Source of the DNA: Chiloscyllium plagiosum
Taxonomy: Eukaryota
Assembly: GCF_004010195.1 (NCBI RefSeq)
Contig: NC_057754.1
Coordinates: forward strand, 8,036,747 to 8,085,125
Length of the DNA: 48,379 nucleotides
Direction of reading: 5' to 3'
Shown: positions 11,421 through 24,649 of the stretch, one piece after another
Layout: every line of letters starts with the position of its first letter
Numbering within the stretch: the first letter of the stretch is position 1
The notes under the pieces: model-generated
The model's database searches: none
What the model saw: the letters and a program-made list of their open reading frames with translations, nothing else
Told to the model about the DNA's origin: nothing
Made by a program: the position numbers and the translations under genes

Positions 11421-13071
11421 CCGAATCTGTAGCCACTAAATTCAGCCATGGCCAAGCGCACTCAGCGTGGTGACTTCCATGCACTGAGAAAACATTTGGG
11501 TCTCCCAAAGTAAACTAATTTCACTGCCGTATCAGCTTTCACTCTGTTTACACTGAAGGGACAGCGCTATCTACTCCAGAGAGTCGGAAGTGTTTTGTCC
11601 TGTCGATGTCCTTTGACAGCTTAACACGGTACTGCAGGCAAAATGCGCAGCATATGTGAAGTATCAGTTTGTGTGTTTTCATCTGCTGGCAACTGTCTGA
11701 CTTGCAGAGCCCGTCTGGAAGAGAAACCACACCAATCTGACAGTAAATCACAGGGGGGTTTTCAAATGATTTGGAGCCAGTTGGCTCAGCACTGGCTTTT
11801 AATCCACAGTGTGGGGATTCGTTTCTCGTGCCAGCTTTGGCGTTAAGGTTCGAATGCCTCGAGTCAGAAACCTGCCTGAGAGCTGACAGACACTGCTCTC
11901 ATTAGAGCAAGATTAATATAACTCCTGCTCTGGAGGAGGGCAGCAAATTGAATTGGTCATGTTTGCTTGACAGAGTCAAGCCAAATGTGTTCATTGTGAG
12001 GCAATGTGCTAGTCCGGTCTCAGAAGGTGGCAGGGCGCAAGTCAAGATGCCTGCTCAGGAGGTATACGGAATTCTTGCCTTCAGAGCAGAGGGGCACTGT
12101 GCAAGCAGGGGGCAGCTTCACAAATGGCCCGTGGATGACACGCTGGAATGTCGTCCTCGATTCAGGGCACAACCCTTTAGGGAGGACGTCAGCACCCCGG
12201 CAGAGATTCACCGGGATGCAGCCTGCGTTGGAGCAACCCAGCTCTGAAGGGAAGTTGGAAACGCTCAGGTTGTTTTCCATGGAGCAGAGAAGGTTCGATG
12301 GGAGGGACTTGCAGAGGTGTTTTAACACTGCTGTCTCACAGAGCCAGGGACCTGGGTTCGTTTCCACATTCGGGCAACTGTCCATGTGGCTTGTGCACAT
12401 TCTCACCGTGTTTGCGTTGCTCTCCTCTGAGTGCTCTGGTTTCCTCCCACAGTCCCAAGAGGTTATGGTGGATTGGCCGTGCTAAATTGACCCATAGTGC
12501 TCAGGGATGTGCAGGTTAGAGTGGATTGGCCTTGCTAAATTGCCCCATAGTGCCCAGGAATGTGCATGTTAGGGTGGATTGGCCGTGCTAAATTGCCCCA
12601 TAGTGCCCAGGGATGTGCAGGTTAGGGTGGATTGGCCGTGCTAAATTGCCCCATAGTGCCCAGGGATGTGCAGGTTAGGGTGGATTGGCCGTGCTAACTT
12701 GTCCCATAGTGCCCAGGGATGTGCAGGTTAGGGTGGATTGGCTGTGCTAAATTGTCCCATAGTGCGCAGGGATGTGCAGGTTAGGGTGAATTGGCCGTGC
12801 TCAATTGCCCCATAGTGGCCAGGGATGTGCAGGTTAGGGTGGATTGGCCATGCTAAATTGTCCCATAGTGCCCAGGGATGTGCAGGTTAGGGTGGATTGC
12901 CCGTGCTAAATTGTCCCACAGTGCCCAGGGATGTGCAGGTGAGGGTGGTTTGGCCGTGCTAAATTGTCCCATAGTGCGCTGGGATGTGCAGGTTAGGGTG
13001 GATTGGCCGTGCTAAATTGCCCCATAGTGTTCAAGGATGTGCAGGTTAGGTGGGTTAGCCGTGGTAAAGGT

Positions 13072-13236
13072 TTAGGAAAGTGAGGACTGCAGATGCTGTA
13101 GATCAGAATCAAGAGTGTGGTGCTGGAAAAGCACAGCTGGTCAGGCAGCATCCGAGGAGCAGGCGAATCGACGTTTCGGGCATAAACCCTTCATCAGGAA
13201 TGAGCCTCATTCCTGATGCAGGGCTTATGTCTGAAG
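13072..13236 (-). mobile_element. Penelope-like element terminal fragment with inverted duplication, 12-bp TSD
   Basis: TSD cgtggtaaaggt at 13060-13071 and 13237-13248; same family as 29018, 37120 and 42511; palindrome centred on 13205. Confidence 0.8.
13170..13197 (-). ncRNA. Minimal type I hammerhead ribozyme core (intact)
   Basis: Minus strand CUGAUGA-A-GGGU(UUAU)GCCC-GAAA-CGUC: conserved boxes, 4-bp stem II, palindromic ACGU stem III, GUC cleavage triplet. Confidence 0.72.
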
Positions 13237-14679
13237 CGTGGTAAAGGTGGGAATACAGGGATAAGATAAGATGCTGTGCGGAGGGTCGGTGCTGACTCGA
13301 CGGGCCAATTGGCCTCTTTCCACACTGTGTAGAGATTCTAGGATTCTGTAATATTATGAGGGGCATGGGCAGTTGGAGAGAAAACAGCTCTTTCACTGAG
13401 TTGAAGGTCAATAACAATAGGGCCTTATTTAAAGTTAGAACGGGGAGGTTCCAGGGAGTATTTGAGGAAAAATCCTTTTACCCAGAGGATGGTGGAAATT
13501 TGGAAGGCACTGTCTGGGAGGGTAGTAGAGGCAGGGACCTCACAGCCTTTAAAAAAAAATGCATGGGTGAGCACTTGACGTGTCATAACATCCCAGGCAA
13601 GTGCTGTTGCGTGTGGTTAGTGTGGACAGGTTGGTGATGTCAGGACCTTGGAGAGCGCCCCAGAGGGAACAGATTTTCGAGAGCAGGATCTAACCATGCA
13701 GGACGTCAGTGAGTGAGGAGAAATCAGAGAAACCGGAATTGTTCAACTTAGAGGGGAGATGTAATCAAGGTGTTTGTAATTCTGAAAGATTTGATGAGAT
13801 TCTTTAATAGAGCACACAGATTCAAGGCCATTAGCTCAAAGAACCTAGGGATTTTTTTTTTAAATTTCCATTCGCAGTCTGGATGTAGTTGGCCAAGATG
13901 TTGTTTATCAGCCTTTGCTAAGTTCCCTGGAAAAGATAGTGGCGTAAATGTTTTCTTGTTTTCTTCAATTCAAGGTGTCCGGCAAAAGGTGGGTCCCTAA
14001 CCTTTGTGAGGAGTATATGTGTGGGCTATCTAAAACAGATTGTGTAAACTTCACGGGGTGCGGGGGGGAAACTCATAACACCGTCAAGGAGGCAGTTCCT
14101 GGAATTGGACCCAGTGACACCGAAGGGACATATTTTTGAGTCAGGATGGTGAGTGGCTCGGAGGGGGACTTGCATGCACTGACATCCACTGCCCTTCTGC
14201 TTGGGAGGGGTCACGGGTTTAGAAGGTGCTGGGGAAGAAATGATTCCCTACTGCGAATTAATTGTGATCTGGCAACACCGCAGCAAAGGCGGATTCAGTA
14301 GCAATGTCCGTGAGAGAATCAGATGGACACTTGAAATGGAAGAAAAGGACATATATGAGGGAAAACACTTGGATAGCTGTCTCTGAGGGCTGGCAGTGGC
14401 TTGGTGGGCTAAATGGCTGCATGATTAGATAATTCAATCGTGCAATTGCTGATCTGACAGAAACAGTTGCTCAGTGATTTCTTCGCTGAGTTGCATGCGC
14501 TCTGAGTTGGATTTGTGGCGACCGTCCTGCACGCCCTAACCTCTCTTCTGTGTTTTGGGATGTTGCTTTGGAGTTGGTGAGTGTGACAGTGCCGGCGTTC
14601 AGCCAAGTCGAATGGGATATGTGGCTCAGTCTCGCACAATCTCAAAAGCTTTCCGCACTGGGAACGGCAGATTCAGTTA

Positions 14680-14800
14680 AATAAAACCAAACAACCGCAG
14701 GTGCTGGAATGCCGAAAGGGGAACAAAAATCGCAGGAGTCGCTCAGCAGGTCCATGGAGAGAGAGGGCAGAATTAGCGTTTGCTGTTGGTCAGTGAACCA
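14680..14800 (-). mobile_element. Decayed Penelope-type terminal fragment (same family as 37891)
   Basis: aaaaccaaacaaccgcaggtgctggaa...ctcagcaggtc...cagaattagcgttt resembles 37891-38000. Confidence 0.45.
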
Positions 14801-15476
14801 GGTCTCTACAGGGGAAGACCAGGTCGTGGAGTCAAACAGGCCTCACAAGGGGTGCTCCACAGTCTCCGACTCCCAGATCCGGATTTTCACAAGCCGCGAC
14901 TGGGAAATACCAGCTGGGAGAGGTTGGAATTTGATCGTGGATTGCCCCCTCTGACCCAGCGAAAGGTAGTGGAAATGTCAGGGCCACCTTTTGTGGTGGT
15001 GGGGGGGGAGCCCTTTGAGACTGTATAAAGTCCACATGAATTGGCCTAAATGTGCATAAGCTCATTGGAATTGACAGAGAGAGTGAAAGGTGATAAATCA
15101 CGGTCAGAAGTATGTGGAGCTGAAGAAAAATCAGTCTGCAGCATCTCAGCATGCCTGTTGACATGAGCCATGATAGATTTGGACTGCATCATCGATTTCC
15201 CCACCTATCATTGTCACTGCGGGGGGCTCGGTGAATGAACAGTTTGATGGATAACCTGCAAATGCTCCAGAATAGAAAAGCTTCTTCATCTAGGAAATTA
15301 GTTGAAGGACTTTCAATAGATTAGTTTTATTTAATCATTGACTGTAGATTTTTAGTGGGGCGTTATCAGTAGGTACATTATTTTGTGATCACTTGGCCCC
15401 TGAGGTATGCCCATGTTGGTGAAGGGGATCAGTTTGCATGGAAAGGGAAGGGCAAAAGCTGGTGGTTTTGTGCCTG

Positions 15477-17125
15477 CACACTCACTCAGTCCTCACACTC
15501 ATTGAGCCCTCACACTCGCTGAGGGACTGAGGCTTCACAGTAACTGAGCTCCCGCACTCACTAAGCCCTCACACTCACTGAGCTCTCTCAGTCAGAGCTC
15601 TCACACTCACTGAGCTCTCACACTCACCGAGCTCCCACACTCACTCAGCCCTCACACTCACTGAGCTCTCTCAGTCAGAGCTCTCACACTCACTGAGCTC
15701 TCACACTCACNNNNNNNNNNNNNNNNNNNNNNNNNNNNNNNNNNNNACTGAGCCCTCACACTCACTGAGCCCTCACACTCACTGATCCCTCAAACTCACT
15801 GATCCCTCAAACTCACTGAGCCCTCACACTCACCGAGCTCCCACACTCACAGAGCCCTCACACTCACTGAGCTCTCACAGTCAGAGCTCTCACACTCACT
15901 GAGCTCTCACACTCACTGAGCCCTCACACTCACTGAGCTCTCACACTCACTGAGCTCTCACAGTCAGAGCCCTCACACTCACCGAGCCCTCACACTCACT
16001 GAGCCCTCACACTCACTGATCCCTCAAACTCACTGAGCTCTCACAGTCAGAGCTCTCACACTCACTGAGCTCTCGCACTCACTGAGCACTCACACTCACC
16101 GAGCCCCCACACTCACTGAGCTCTCACAGTCAGAGCCCTCACACTCACCGAGCCCTCACACTCACTGAGCCCTCACACTCACTGATCCCTCAAACTCACT
16201 GATCCCTCAAACTCACTGAGCCCTCACACTCACCGAGCTCCCACACTCACAGAGCTCTAACACTCACTGAGCTTTCACAGTCAGAGCTCTCACACTCACT
16301 GAGCTCTCGCACTCACTGAGCTCTCACACTCACTGAGCCCTCACACTCACTGAGCTCTCACATTCACTGAGCCCTCACACTCACCGAGCTCCCACCCTCA
16401 CTCAGCCCTCACACTCACTAAGCTCTCACAGTCAGAGCTCTCACACTCACTGAGCTCTCACACTTACTGAGCCCTCACACTTACTGAGCCCTCACACTCA
16501 CTGAGCTCTCACACTCACTGAGCCCTCACACTCACTAAGCTCTCACACTCACTAAGCTCTCACACTCACTGAGCCCTCACACTCACTGAGCCCTCACAGT
16601 CAGAGCTCTCACACTCACTGAGCTCTTACACTCACTGAGCCCTCACATTCACTGAGCTCTCACACTCACTGAGCCCTCACAGTCAGAGCCCTCACACTCA
16701 CTGCGCCATCACACTTATTGAGCTCTCACACTCACTGAGCCCTCACACTCACCGAACCCACACTTACTGAGCTCTCACACTGACTGAGCCCTCTCACTCA
16801 CAATCACTGAGCTCTCACATGCACCAAGCCCTCACACTCACTGAGCTTTCATACTCACCGAGCCCTCACACTCACCGAGCTCTCACACTCACCGAGCTCT
16901 CACACTCATTGAGCCCTCACACTCACTGAGCCCTCACACTCACTGAGCCCTCACACTCACTGAGCCCTCACATTCACTGAGCTCTCACACTCACTGAGTT
17001 CTCACAGTCAGAGCCCTCACACTCACTGCGCCCTCACACTTATTGAGCTCTCACACTCACTGAGCCCTCACACTCACCGAACCCACACTTACTGAGCTTC
17101 ACACCCACTGAGCCCTCACACCCAA
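15477..17125. repeat. 17-bp minisatellite (ctcacactcactgagc[c/t]) with shorter cagtcagag variants; assembly gap at 15711-15746
   Basis: Directly visible tandem array of about 1.65 kb. Confidence 0.95.
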
Positions 17126-17559
17126 CACCCTCCTCACCCAGCCGCCACCCCAGATATTGTATACTTGCAAAGAACAACCACTTGATGCACGTTGCAGGTT
17201 TAGTCTCGATAAGAAACATTCCCCAGACGCAAATGAACACCAAACCCTCCACCTACCCCCCCGCCCCAAGCCTGCTTGAGATGTTTTTGCTGTGACCATC
17301 AGTCTAGCTTGCCCTGGGAATGGGATTGCACAGGTCAGACTGCTCATACTCATTGCAAACAACACCAGCCACCCTGCAGAAAGGTTCACTCCGTTAAAGC
17401 AGTTGCCAGAGCTTTCTCCTGACTGGCTCACTTACTTACTCTGCCTGCCACCCTGCCCAACTTCAATCACCAGCCTGTGATCAATGTGTTCCTTCAGGAG
17501 TACAGTGGGAAGCTCGAGCCAGTGCCCAGCTCAGTGTATGTATGCGCATTTTGAATGTG

Positions 17560-18510
17560 TCTGTGTGCCTGTGTGTCTGTAAGTCCGTCTGTATGTGTGT
17601 GTCTGTGTCTGTTAGTGTGTATGTGTGTGTGTCTGTGTTTGTGTATGTGTGTCTGTGAGTGTGTGTATGTATATGTCTCCGTGTGTCTGTGTGTGTGTGA
17701 GATTGTCTATGTCCGTGTGTCTGTGTGTGTGTGACTGTGTCTATGTCCGTGTGTCTGTGTGTGTGTGAGATTGTCTATGTCCGTGTGTCTGTGTGTGTGT
17801 GACTGTGTCTATGTCCGTGTGTCTGTGTGTGTGTGAGATTGTCTATGTCCGTGTGTCTGTGTGTGTGTGACTGTGTCTATGTCCGTGTGTCTGTGTGTGT
17901 GTGAGATTGTCTATGTCCGTGTGTCTGTGTGTGTGTGACTGTGTCTATGTCCGTGTGTCTGTGTGTGTGTGACTGTGTCTATGTCCGTGTGTCTGTGTGT
18001 GTGTGAGATTGTCTATGTCCGTGTGTCTGTGTGTGTGTGAGATTGTCTATGTCCGTGTGTCTGTGTGTGTGTGAGATTGTCTATGTCCGTGTGTCTGTGT
18101 GTGTGTGAGATTGTCTATGTCCGTGTGTCTGTGTGTGTGTGAGATTGTCTATGTCCGTGTGTCTGTGTGTGTGTGAGATTGTCTATGTCCGTGTGTCTGT
18201 GTGTGTGTGAGATTGTCTATGTCCGTGTGTCTGTGTGTGTGTGAGATTGTCTATGTCCGTGTGTCTGTGTGTGTGTGAGATTGTCTATGTCCGTGTGTCT
18301 GTGTGTGTGTGAGATTGTCTATGTCCGTGTGTCTGTGTGTGTGTGAGATTGTCTATGTCCGTGTGTCTGTGTGTGTGTGACTGTGTCTATGTCCGTGTGT
18401 CTGTGTGTGTGTGAGATTGTCTATGTCCGTGTGTCTGTGTGTGTGTGAGACTGTGTGTGTGTCTGTGAGTGTCTGTGTGTCTGTCTGTGTTTGTGTCTGT
18501 GCGCACACGC
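17560..18510. repeat. GT-derived 34-bp minisatellite (gtctatgtccgtgtgtctgtgtgtgtgtga + gatt/ctgt) within degenerate (GT)n
   Basis: Period 34 (18011 to 18045); about 22 units between 17678 and 18450; two variants. Confidence 0.95.
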
Positions 18511-18764
18511 ACGTGTTTAGGGGGGAAAGGGGGGTGGAGGCGGACAATCATGGTATTATCAAGGCCGTGAGACTTGCTTGCAGCAGCCCGTCCTCTCTGT
18601 ACAGCCCTCCTTGCAGAACCTTCCGTGTCAAAGCGGTGTGTAGGCCCATTTGTAAGTCTTCATTTCTGCCTGTGAGCCTGAATCAGGATAATGGGTGCTG
18701 AGTGCAGGAAAACTGAAGCACTCCTGTCTACAGATTTATACATACCACATAAAAATGAAGCCGT

Positions 18765-18935
18765 GACATTTTTACAGCATTTTTCATCACCTCTGGAATG
18801 CCCCACAGCACCTCCTGGCCATGCAGCAAATGCAGCAGCCAGTGTGCATAACACGCCACCACAAACAACAAGAATTCTCAGCTTCGGGTGATGGCGACTG
18901 AGAGATAAATACTGTCCAGGGAAACCACTCGTCTT
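18765..18935 (-). mobile_element. Ancient DeuSINE-like (SacSINE1/AmnSINE1 Deu-domain) relic
   Basis: aaatgcagcagccagtgtgcataacacgccaccacaaacaac...gagagataaatactgtccagg resembles the Deu-domain reverse complement as I recall it; a similar relic lies at about 26100-26235. Confidence 0.4.
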
Positions 18936-18964
18936 TCTTTTGATTTGATTTATTATTGTCACAT

Positions 18965-19825
18965 GGGAACAGTGGCTCAGTGGTTAGCACTGCTGCCTCA
19001 CAGCGCCAGGGACATGGGTTCAATTCCAGCCTTGAGCGACTGTCTGAGTTTGCACATTCTCCCCGTGTCTGAGTGGGTTTCCTCAGGGTGTTCCAGTTTC
19101 CTCCAACAGTCCGAAGATGTGCAGGTTAGGGTGGATTGGCCGTGCTAAATTGTCCCATAGTGCCCAGGGATGTGCAGGTTAGGGTGGATTGGCCGTGCTA
19201 AATTGTCCCATAGTGCCCAGGGATGTGCAGGTTAGGGTGGATTGGCCGTGCTAAATTGTCCCATAGTGCCCACGAATGTGCAGGTTAGAGTGGATTGGCC
19301 GTGCTAAATTGTCCCATAGTGTCCAGGGATGTTCAGGTTAGGGTGGATTGGCCGTGCTAAATTGTCCCATAGTGCCCAGGGATGTGCAGGTTAGGGTGGA
19401 TTGGCTGTGCTAAATTGTCCCATAGTGCCCAGGGATGTGCAGGTTAGGGTGGATTGGCCGTGCTAAATTGTCCCATAGTGCTCAGGGATGTGCAGGTTAG
19501 GGTGGATTGGCCGTGCTAAATTGTCCCATAGTGCTCAGGGATGTGCAGGTTAGGGTGGATTGGCTGTGCTAAATTGTCCCATAGTGCCCAGGGATGTGCA
19601 GGTTAGGGAGGATTGGCCGTACTAAATTGTCCCATAGTGCCCAGGGATGTGCAGGTTAGGGTGGATTGGCCATGCTAAATTGCACCATGGTGCCCAGGGT
19701 TAGGGTGGATTAGTCGGGGAAAATGTGGGAGAATGGGTCTGGGTGGGTTACTGTTTGGACGGTCAGTGTGGACTTGTTGGGCCGAAGGGCCTTTTTCCAC
19801 ACTGTAGGGATTCTAGTCTATTCTA
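18965..19825 (+). mobile_element. HE1-type SINE with about 11 x 53-bp internal array (about 19115-19715)
   Basis: A box TGGCTCAGTGGTTAG, B box GGTTCAATTCC, array, tail ggacttgttgggccgaagggcc...ccacactgtagg. Confidence 0.9.
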
Positions 19826-21078
19826 TTGTATGTACTGAGACACAATGAAGAGTATAGTTTTACCAGACAAATCATGCCTTACGTAAGTATGTGAGGGTAA
19901 TGGTACAGACTGCAGAATATATGTGGCACAGTTACAGAGAAGGTGCAGAGAAAGATCGACTCTAATATATGAGAAGTTTGGTATGTGTTTGCAAACTTTT
20001 GTATTGTGTCCATGGGATCATCCTTTGATGGGCGTGGCAAGCCCTCAGGTTTCAATCCTCGCCAGAATTCCGGCACCTCCAGTAGCAGGTTTAAGGATGA
20101 TCAGGTCAGGCACGATCTCGTCGAGTGACGGAGCAGACTCGACGGGCCAAGTGGCCTGTGTCTGCTCTTACGTAGGAGCAGCGGCGGAGTCCACCCCGCC
20201 ATTCACTGAGATGGGCTAACCCTCAGCTGCTGCCTTTTCCCCACAACACTTGGATCTCTTAGCCATTAAAAATCTCAGTCTCAGTCAAGCACCCAGACTC
20301 GACAGCCCTCTGCGGCAAAGTGGGTGACCCCTTATCCTGAGCTGACGCCCTCTGACCCTAGAGTCTCCCACACACCCACCCTGCCCTGCCCCCCAAGAAT
20401 GTTTTATCGTTCAATAATCTCCCAAACTCCCAGGAAGAAGAAGACCAGAAGATGGGGGAGGGGGTGGGGAGGGGAGGGTTGTGCGCGCAGAAAACATTTC
20501 CACAGGCAGGACAATTCGAGATTCTTACAAAGAAAAAGATAGTCTTGGATTTGTCACTGGAGTAATTGACTACAAAAGCAGGGAATTCCATGGATCCTTT
20601 GGGTTGGAAACCATTGGCCAAATCGGAATGAACTACGGTGTCTAATTCTCGGAAGCGCTGACGGTAGAAGCTTGAGGAGGCTACAGAGGAGTTAAAACCA
20701 AAACTTCATGAGGTTCCAGTTATGTGGGCAGCCTGTGCTCCCTGGAGGAGCAACCGTCAAGGGGAGATTTAACCAAGGGTTTTCAATTGAACGAGGGCTT
20801 TGGACAGAGCTTCCACTGGCAGGAGAATTGCGAACAGAGGTCACTGTGTTCGGGTGACGCGGATCTTGCTCCCCTTCTCTAACTGCTCCTTGAACAGAGT
20901 GGCTCACTCACCCGTTGCAGAGGGCAGGTTGGAATCGAGCACCTCACTGTCAGTCTGAAGGCCAGATGAGGGAAGGGTGGTAGATCTCCTTCCTGAAAGA
21001 GATGGGTTTTGAAGATGCGAGAGTCGAATATGCAGTTTGTCTTATGAGGACAGAGTTGGCTTGTATCTGCTGGAGCTA

Positions 21079-21674
21079 GAGACATAGAGTTACACAGCAC
21101 GGAAACAGAGCCTTTGGTCCAACTCAACCAGATACCCTCAATTCATCTCATCCCATTTGCCAGCATTTGGCCCATATCCCTCTAAACCCTTCCTATTCAT
21201 ATACCCATCCAGATGCCTTTTAAATGTTGTCTTTATACCAGTCTCCACCACTTCCTCTGGCAGCTCACCCCATACATGCACCACCTTCTGCCTAGAAAAG
21301 TTGCCCTTTTAAATCTTTCCTTTCTCACCCTAAGTCTATGCCCTCTAGTTCTTGACTCCCCCACCCCAGGGGGAAAAGACCTTGTCTATTCACCCTATCT
21401 ATGCCCCCTCATGATTTTATAAACCTTTGTAAGGTCACCCCTCGATCTCTGACGCTCCAGGGAAAACAGCCCCGGCCTATTCAGCTTCACCCTCTCGCTC
21501 AAACCCTCCAATCCTGGCAACATACATGTGAATCTTTTCTGAACCCTTTCAAGTTTAACAGCATCTTTCCCATAGCAAAGAGACGAGAATTGAATGCAGT
21601 ATTCCAAAAGTGGCCTAACCAATGTCCTATCCAGCCGCAATGTGATCTCCTAATGCCGATACTCAATGCACTGA
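21079..21674 (-). mobile_element. HER1/CR1 LINE 3' fragment
   Basis: Minus-strand LVRPLLEYCIQF..KLERVQKRFT.MLPGLEGL..LFSLERQR.RGDL, plus 3' UTR. Confidence 0.9.
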
Positions 21675-21762
21675 GTTTAGAAGAGTCAGAGGTAATTGAA
21701 ATATTTAAGATCCTGAGAGGTTATCTTGATCAGGCAGATGTGAAAAGGATGTTTCCTTGTGA

Positions 21763-22075
21763 GGGTGGCACGGTGGCTTAGTGGTTAGCACTGCTTCCTC
21801 GCAGTGCCAGGGGTCCCAGGTTAATTCCTGCCTCGGGGCGACTGTCTGTGTGGAATTTGCACATTCTCCCCGTGTCTGCGTGGGGTTTCCTCCGGCTGCT
21901 CCAGTTTCCTCCCACAATCCAAAATGGTCAGGTGAATTGGCCACACTAAATCGCCCGTAGTGTTAAGTGCATCAGTCAGAGGGGAATGGGTCTGGGTGGG
22001 TTACTCTTGAGAGGGTCAGTGTGGACTGGTTGGGCTGAAGGGCCTGTTTCCTTACTGTAGGGAATCTAATCTAAT
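21763..22075 (+). mobile_element. HE1-type SINE inserted in an older CR1 fragment (about 21675-22350)
   Basis: ggtggcacggtggcttagtggttagcactgc head, central core, tail ending aatctaatctaa. Confidence 0.88.
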
Positions 22076-22921
22076 TCAATCCTTTTGTGGGATTATTTAG
22101 AACAGGGAGTGGCGGGGGGGGGGAGGTCATTGATTCAAAATCGGGGGTCACCCATTTAAGACATTTTTTTCTAAAATGAGTATTTGAAATTGTTTTCCTC
22201 AAAAGGCAGAGGAGGCCAAGACCTTGACTATATCGGAGGCAGAAGTAATAAAATTCTTGACAAGCAATGGGATTGGTTGGCGGGGGAGGTTCAAAAGGTT
22301 TCTGAGGTGGGCAGAAACATAGAGTAATCCGATCAGCTGTGATTCTCGGTCGCCATCACTTAAACTAGCTTTCAATTCCAGATTTATTAATTGGATCTCA
22401 GCCCCAGGTCAGGATTGGAGGCCATATTCCCAGAGCATTAGCCCAGCCCTGCGAGATACGAGTCAAGTGAAATTCCCACCACACCACTGTCCCTCCCAGG
22501 CAATTCCGAAGGGAGACTTTGATTCCAACAGCTGGTTGTTATCGATGCACAGCGTGCTGCCTGAAAAGAGCGTTCAAAGCCTTCTCAGTGGTAACTTGTC
22601 AAAGTGACTTGGATAAAGACTTGAGACGGTAGAATTGACAAGGCCCCAAGGAGTTGGAATGCAGGTCTAATTGAAAGGCAGTCTTAAAGAAATGGCACAA
22701 ACACTGAATGGGCTCCCATCTGTGGTATGATTTATCACTTGGAAGAGAGTTTACAGCTATCTGGTTTGTGCTAGTGTTTATACTCAGCGCACAAGCCTCC
22801 TATCAACCCCCTCTTTATCATCTCACCCCTTCAGCCTACCCGTCCATTCCATTTTTTTCCCATTCTGTGGCTGCTCCTCCAGCTTCCACTCGAGAGGTAG
22901 TTAATGTCATATTCTCCCCGA

Positions 22922-23372
22922 GGGATTGGAGGGTTTGAGCTCTAGGGGAGAAGTTGAATAGGCTGGGTTCATTTATCCCTGGAAATGTCAGAGGCTCAGG
23001 CGTTGAGCTTACAGAGTTGTATAAAAATCACGAGGGGCACGGATAGGGTGAACAGCCAAGGTCTTTTCCCCAGGATAGAGGAGTCCAAAACTAGAGGGTG
23101 TAGGTTTAAGGTGAGAGGGGAAAGATTTAAAAGGGACCTGAGGGGAAACTGTTTCACACGGAGGATGGGACATATATGGGATGAGCTACCAGAGGACATA
23201 ATGGAGGTTAGTACAATTACAGCATTTAAAAGGCATCTGCATGGGGACATAAATAGGAAGGGTTTAGAGGGATATGGACCAAGTACTGGCAAATGGGACT
23301 AGACTAATTTAGGATATCTGGTCGGCACGGACGAGTTGTACTGAAGGCTCTGTTTCTGTATTCTATGACTCT
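22922..23372 (+). mobile_element. HER1/CR1 LINE 3' end
   Basis: KITRGTDRVNSQGLFPRIEESKTRGCRFKVRGERFKRDLRGNCFT; tail ctatgactct. Confidence 0.9.
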
Positions 23373-24416
23373 TTGAAGTCCCTTTCAAGCCTCCTGCATT
23401 TGTTGGTGCCTGTTTGATGGTGCACACTTATTCACTTGTGTTTGGTCACTGCTCCTTTCTGGGTGCAAATGAGATGTAAGTCAGCCTGAGGATCATCTCC
23501 TGAGGGGGTACAACTTCTAAAAGCTGTTGTGCCTTCCATGTCAGTCGTTTCTTCTGCACACTGCCTGATGCCCCCAGTGTCTTGCTCCTCATTTCGTGAC
23601 CAGACTTGAGCACTGAGAGGTAAGACGCTACTGCCTGATTTTGTGCTTACCCCTTTCCAGCTGGCCTTTGTTAACCTGCGTCATTACTTTCATTGATGCG
23701 TGTTTTCCCAATCCCATCATCCTCTCGACCCCGTTTCGCCCCGTGACTTTCTGAGCAAAATGGCGCCTCCTTGTTTTCCTGACCTGTTCTGAAATCCGTT
23801 CGCCCAGTCGATGGGCCTGCGCTGCATCATTGTCCATCTTGGCTTGTCGCTCATGTCACAGTTCCCTTCGGTACCGACTGCCCTCGGACCCCCCATTGCC
23901 AATCCAGTGCTGTCCCCAAATTTACCGACCATGTTTTTAATTCCAGCATTGAGCTATCTTGATGGGAATTGTACAGGCTTGGTGGTCTCAGTGCTCATCC
24001 TTGTGGGGACCCACTTTGTGACCCTTTGAATGATTATCCTGTCCTCTCTGATTCCAGTCTCGCAGCCAGCTATGTAGCCGTTCACCAACATGTCTTCCAA
24101 TCCTCATGACCCATTTGGTACCTTCATAAAGAAGACTGTTGGAAATCTGGATATATTACATTTGCTGTCCTTTTGATGGGAATGTGGGTGACCATTTATT
24201 CCCCATCCCTAGTTGCCCCTTGGTGGCTTGCTACCCCTTGCTTCACAGAGCCATTCGATTCAAGTCAATACAGCACAGGAGCAGGCCCAGTGGCCCACCA
24301 AGCCGATCCCAATTTTAATCTTTATTTAGAGCCACTACTTATTGCCCATGCACAGTTTCTATCCCTGTGTTTGCCTCCCGTTCACGTGTGTAGCAAGATA
24401 TGCCCATAAACACCGT

Positions 24417-24649
24417 GGGCAGCACAGTGGCACAGTGGTTAGCACTGCTGCCTCACAGCGCCAGAGACCCGAGTTCAATTCNNNNNNNNNNNNNNNNNNN
24501 NNNNNNNNNNNNNNNNNNNNNNNNNNNNNNNNNNNNNNNNNNNNNNGTAAATGTAGGGGTATGGGTGGGTTGCGCTTCGGTGGGTCGGTGTGGACTTGTT
24601 GGGCCGAAGGGCCTGTTTCCACACTGTAATCTAATCTAATCTAATCTAA
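24417..24649 (+). mobile_element. HE1-type SINE spanning an assembly gap (24482-24546)
   Basis: Head gggcagcacagtggcacagtggttagc and tail (taatc)n, near-identical to the 7026 copy. Confidence 0.88.

Larger units (their letters stand above)
12318..13345 (+). mobile_element. HE1-type SINE with about 11 x 53-bp internal array (about 12467-13065), interrupted by a Penelope-type insert
   Basis: Head acactgctgtctcacagagccagggacctgggttcg; array of ggattggccgtgctaaattgtcccatagtgcccagggatgtgcaggttagggt; tail resumes after 13237. Confidence 0.85.
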
